Source of the DNA: Psammoneis japonica
Lineage: Eukaryota
Assembly: GCA_008632985.1 (NCBI GenBank)
Contig: QPGO01000014.1
Coordinates: 124,001 to 188,000 of the forward strand
Direction: 5' to 3'
DNA: 64,000 bases
Part shown: piece by piece, positions 61,234-64,000 of the stretch
Layout of the letters: each line of letters opens with the position of its first letter
How positions within the stretch are numbered: position 1 is the first letter of the stretch
Position numbers and translations under genes: made by a program
Notes under the pieces: model-generated
Told to the model about the DNA's origin: nothing
What the model saw: only the letters and a program-made list of their open reading frames with translations
Databases searched by the model: none

Positions 61234-64000
61234 ATGATCATGAAACACTCCCAGCTTGGCACTGTCACTGGTGACTTGTTGGTCAAGGCCAACCTTCAAC
61301 AGCATCAGTTAGAACTCAGGCTGCCAGGCCAATTTTTTGACAACAACTTCAACGAGTTTCGCCATCTTGCCACTTGCTTCTGGACCAAGGATGCACGGAA
61401 ATTTCCATCTCTAAACAACACCAGGATAGAAGCAGATCTGTGGACACTTTCCCTGCACTGGGAAAATGACAAGTTCCTCATCAAAGAGTTCCACAGAGCA
61501 GGTTTCCAGGGAAAGAAACTGGCCCGAATCAGTCTCTGCAAGCTGCACCTGTGTGTCAACACTGTTTCTGACATGGTCATGGACAATGGAAGGAGGGTCC
61601 TTCAAAATCATTGGAATGGGCAACTGGGCCTGCCAAGGCACAACCCCCATCATGACAATTGGACTGGCTGGAACAGGGCAACCCCTCACAGAATGATTGG
61701 AGAAAGTGGAGAGAGGTCTTAGAAACAGTCATTGGACCACAGAAATCTGTCATCAATGACCTGTTGCAACAGCAGATGGACAACCTGTTGCACAAATGGC
61801 CACATTTCCTGTTCGTTGTAGAGCAGTGGGTTTGCAAGCACACCCAAGTGGGAAACTGGAGATGCTCTGCTTCTGTTCTAGGTCACCCAACAAGAACAAT
61901 GAGTTCTTTGTGTTGCCACTGTGCTGGAGAGACCAACAAACTGCCAGACAACCTGTTGAGAACAAGAATTCATGGGAACGACACAGCAATGATGTCAACT
62001 GGTGTTGTGCAGAAATTTGGTTGCACAGAGCCGTGTGCCCCAATGAATCTCTAGGAAGCAATTGACAGGCTCCACGCAGACATCAACTGGCTGGCAGAAG
62101 ACTTCAAAAATGATGATGATGGCACTGAGGTTGCTTGCACAACCTCCAAAGGAACTGCCACAGTGACATCTGATGAGTCTCATTTGAGTGGCAAAGGTGC
62201 ATCTGCTTGGACCACACAGGGAACCCAGGATGACCACAAAACTGAAGGCATGAATGCAGCAAGAGGCAACCCTTCCAATGTGAATGTGTGCCAAGCAGAA
62301 ATTGTCAGACAACTGTGATGACATGCATCATTTGCGATTTTCATGATGTCACCCAGGGACAGGTTTCTCTTGGATGTGACAGCAACCAGGCCTTGAAGAG
62401 CTCCAACAACCCTGGGTTGCAAACTCACCAAAAATCAAAAGCAGCGCAATGTGTTGTCAGCACTGCACTCCTGGATTCAAAAATCACAGGTGTGATGGAC
62501 CACTGTCAACATGAAAGGGTGCATGGACAAAATGACATTGCCTGCAAGGACCCAGACCATCCCTCCAGGCTAAATGCAGACATGGACTCAAGGGCCAAAG
62601 AATGAATGGCTGACATGCTGAACAATCCCACCTGCACAGCAAGTGCAGGTGGAAATGTGGTCACTTTGGATCAGAAACAGGAAAGTCATGTCCAATGCTG
62701 CAGATTCAATGCAACATGCAACCAGATGGCAGGAAAATGCTGCAGTGCTGAGCAGAAAAAGGGAGATTTTCCTCACTGAGCATCAGAGACGTCAGTTGGG
62801 ACTTCCAGGTAAAAGCGACATCCAATCTGACACCATCCAGACAACAATGGGCAGCAAAGCATGTGTCTGGATCATGCAGGGTCAACAAGATGCTGTGCAC
62901 ATGGGGCAAATCTCTGGCGCAGTCCTGCCCACAATGCCTTTTCCCCCAGTGGATGACTCAAACCACATGCTGGAATGTCAGGTGGAGAGTGCGGTGGAGA
63001 CATTGCACAACTGCTCAGCGACACTTCAAGAGTGGTTGTGCAAAGCAGAGATCAATCTAGAAATCACCAAAATCATGCTGCAGAGACTTCAGGAATGGAA
63101 AGAGGGTGTTCCAATGCAACAAATTCACTCACAAAATGATCTCATCTGGCAGGTGGTTGACTCTCAGGATTGGACAGGATGGGGCAGATTTGTTGAAGGG
63201 GGTGCATGTCTTTGGATTGGAAGTTTGCTCAGAATGCATGCCACAAATGGGCAAACTCCAGGAGACAAGGCCAAAGGCAGGTCAGATTTCTCATTGTCAA
63301 GGCTTGCAACGCATCATGGGACCAATGGGAACACCACAACAGCACAGTCCACCCGGCCAACATGATGCCAACAGAGGCACAAGCCAAAGCCATTCAGGGT
63401 TGGGTTTGAGGTGAGTTTGCATCAGGTCCTCAACAAGAACTTCCACCAATTGACATGAGGACATTCAAAGGAACTCTGGATGAGTTTTTGAGCAGCACTC
63501 TGGAATGCCTCCAAGCCTGGCTGAACAATGTGAGTGCAGCTCACAACTCTTTCTGATGACTGCAAGCAGAGCAACAACACCAGGCACATGAGCTCATGCT
63601 AGATTGGCTGCAGAGTGCCAACAACAACGTTCAACATTTACAATGAAGGGTGGGGCCTTCTTGTTGTCATTGTTCACATTTCATGTGGTTGATCCAAACC
63701 AGTTGGGTGACCTCTTCTGGAAACTTGGGTGATGTAAAAGCCATTTGGCAGTGCAACAAGCAGTGATCTTTGAGTCATTTGTTTGTTTGGGTTGCCCATT
63801 TGTTCTTGGGTTTTGACACCCTGTCTTGGCTTCTCTTCCTTGAGGGTGGGGCTGTCTTTGAACACCACAAACACCTTTTTTTGTCAAAGACACCACAACT
63901 GGATCAAACATGGGATCCCCAACCAATGTGTGTGCCTTTGCGTGTCATTCCAAAATGGTTGACTCAAACTGGTTGGTGTCTCTCTTTAGAAGATGGCTGC

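Larger units (their letters stand above)
50700..63600 (+). mobile_element. Decayed non-LTR retrotransposon (LINE with RNase H, Ambal-like), split by the Copia insertion
   Basis: The post-RT region P.LKRGLPSAG.CRN..R..VC.PLTCQGLG (52200-52439) continues in frame after the Copia as IMKHSQLGTVTGDLL..ANLQQ.QLEL. RNase H remnants lie at 62160-62600 (TSDES..GASAW, LGCDSNQAL, RLNADMDSRAK), followed by a C-terminal zinc-knuckle remnant. No endonuclease or RT core is visible. Ends are approximate. Confidence 0.7.

Noticed and set aside
45400..64000. Classical RIP or CpG deamination as the sole cause
   Set aside because: RIP creates TpA, whereas TpA is depleted here. CpG decay cannot turn TAY into TGY or CAY, and the Copia is still CpG-rich.

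Overview
Eukaryotic DNA, most likely from a pennate diatom. The evidence is short 70-100 nt GT-AG introns, bipartite signal+F plastid presequences, a CoDi-like Copia element and an RNase H-bearing LINE. About 15 ordinary genes lie in 1-45 kb: THO2, a CDPK fused to ankyrin repeats, a TPR protein, a CinA-like/NMNAT fusion, a PDZ-PH protein, two tandem plastid membrane paralogs, a J-domain protein, a histidine phosphatase, NFS1, a ricin-lectin protein, a MYND finger protein, a secreted phosphatase and others. They are interleaved with four sharply bounded repeat islands (~9.6-10.5, 24.5-25.4, 35.5-41.6 and 45.4-64 kb). The main finding is that these islands have almost no TpA dinucleotides, because TA has been converted to TG or CA on both strands. 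In the otherwise well-preserved Copia element, nearly every conserved Tyr has become Cys or His (for example RT YVDD to CVDD) while CpG is still abundant. This suggests a repeat-targeted A:T to G:C hypermutation process, opposite in direction to fungal RIP, that acts faster than CpG decay. The right end of the window is a three-level nest: LINE > Copia (LTRs, ATGAT target duplication) > TTAA-flanked TIR element. Counts were made by eye. Several single-base frameshifts in host genes look like long-read homopolymer errors.
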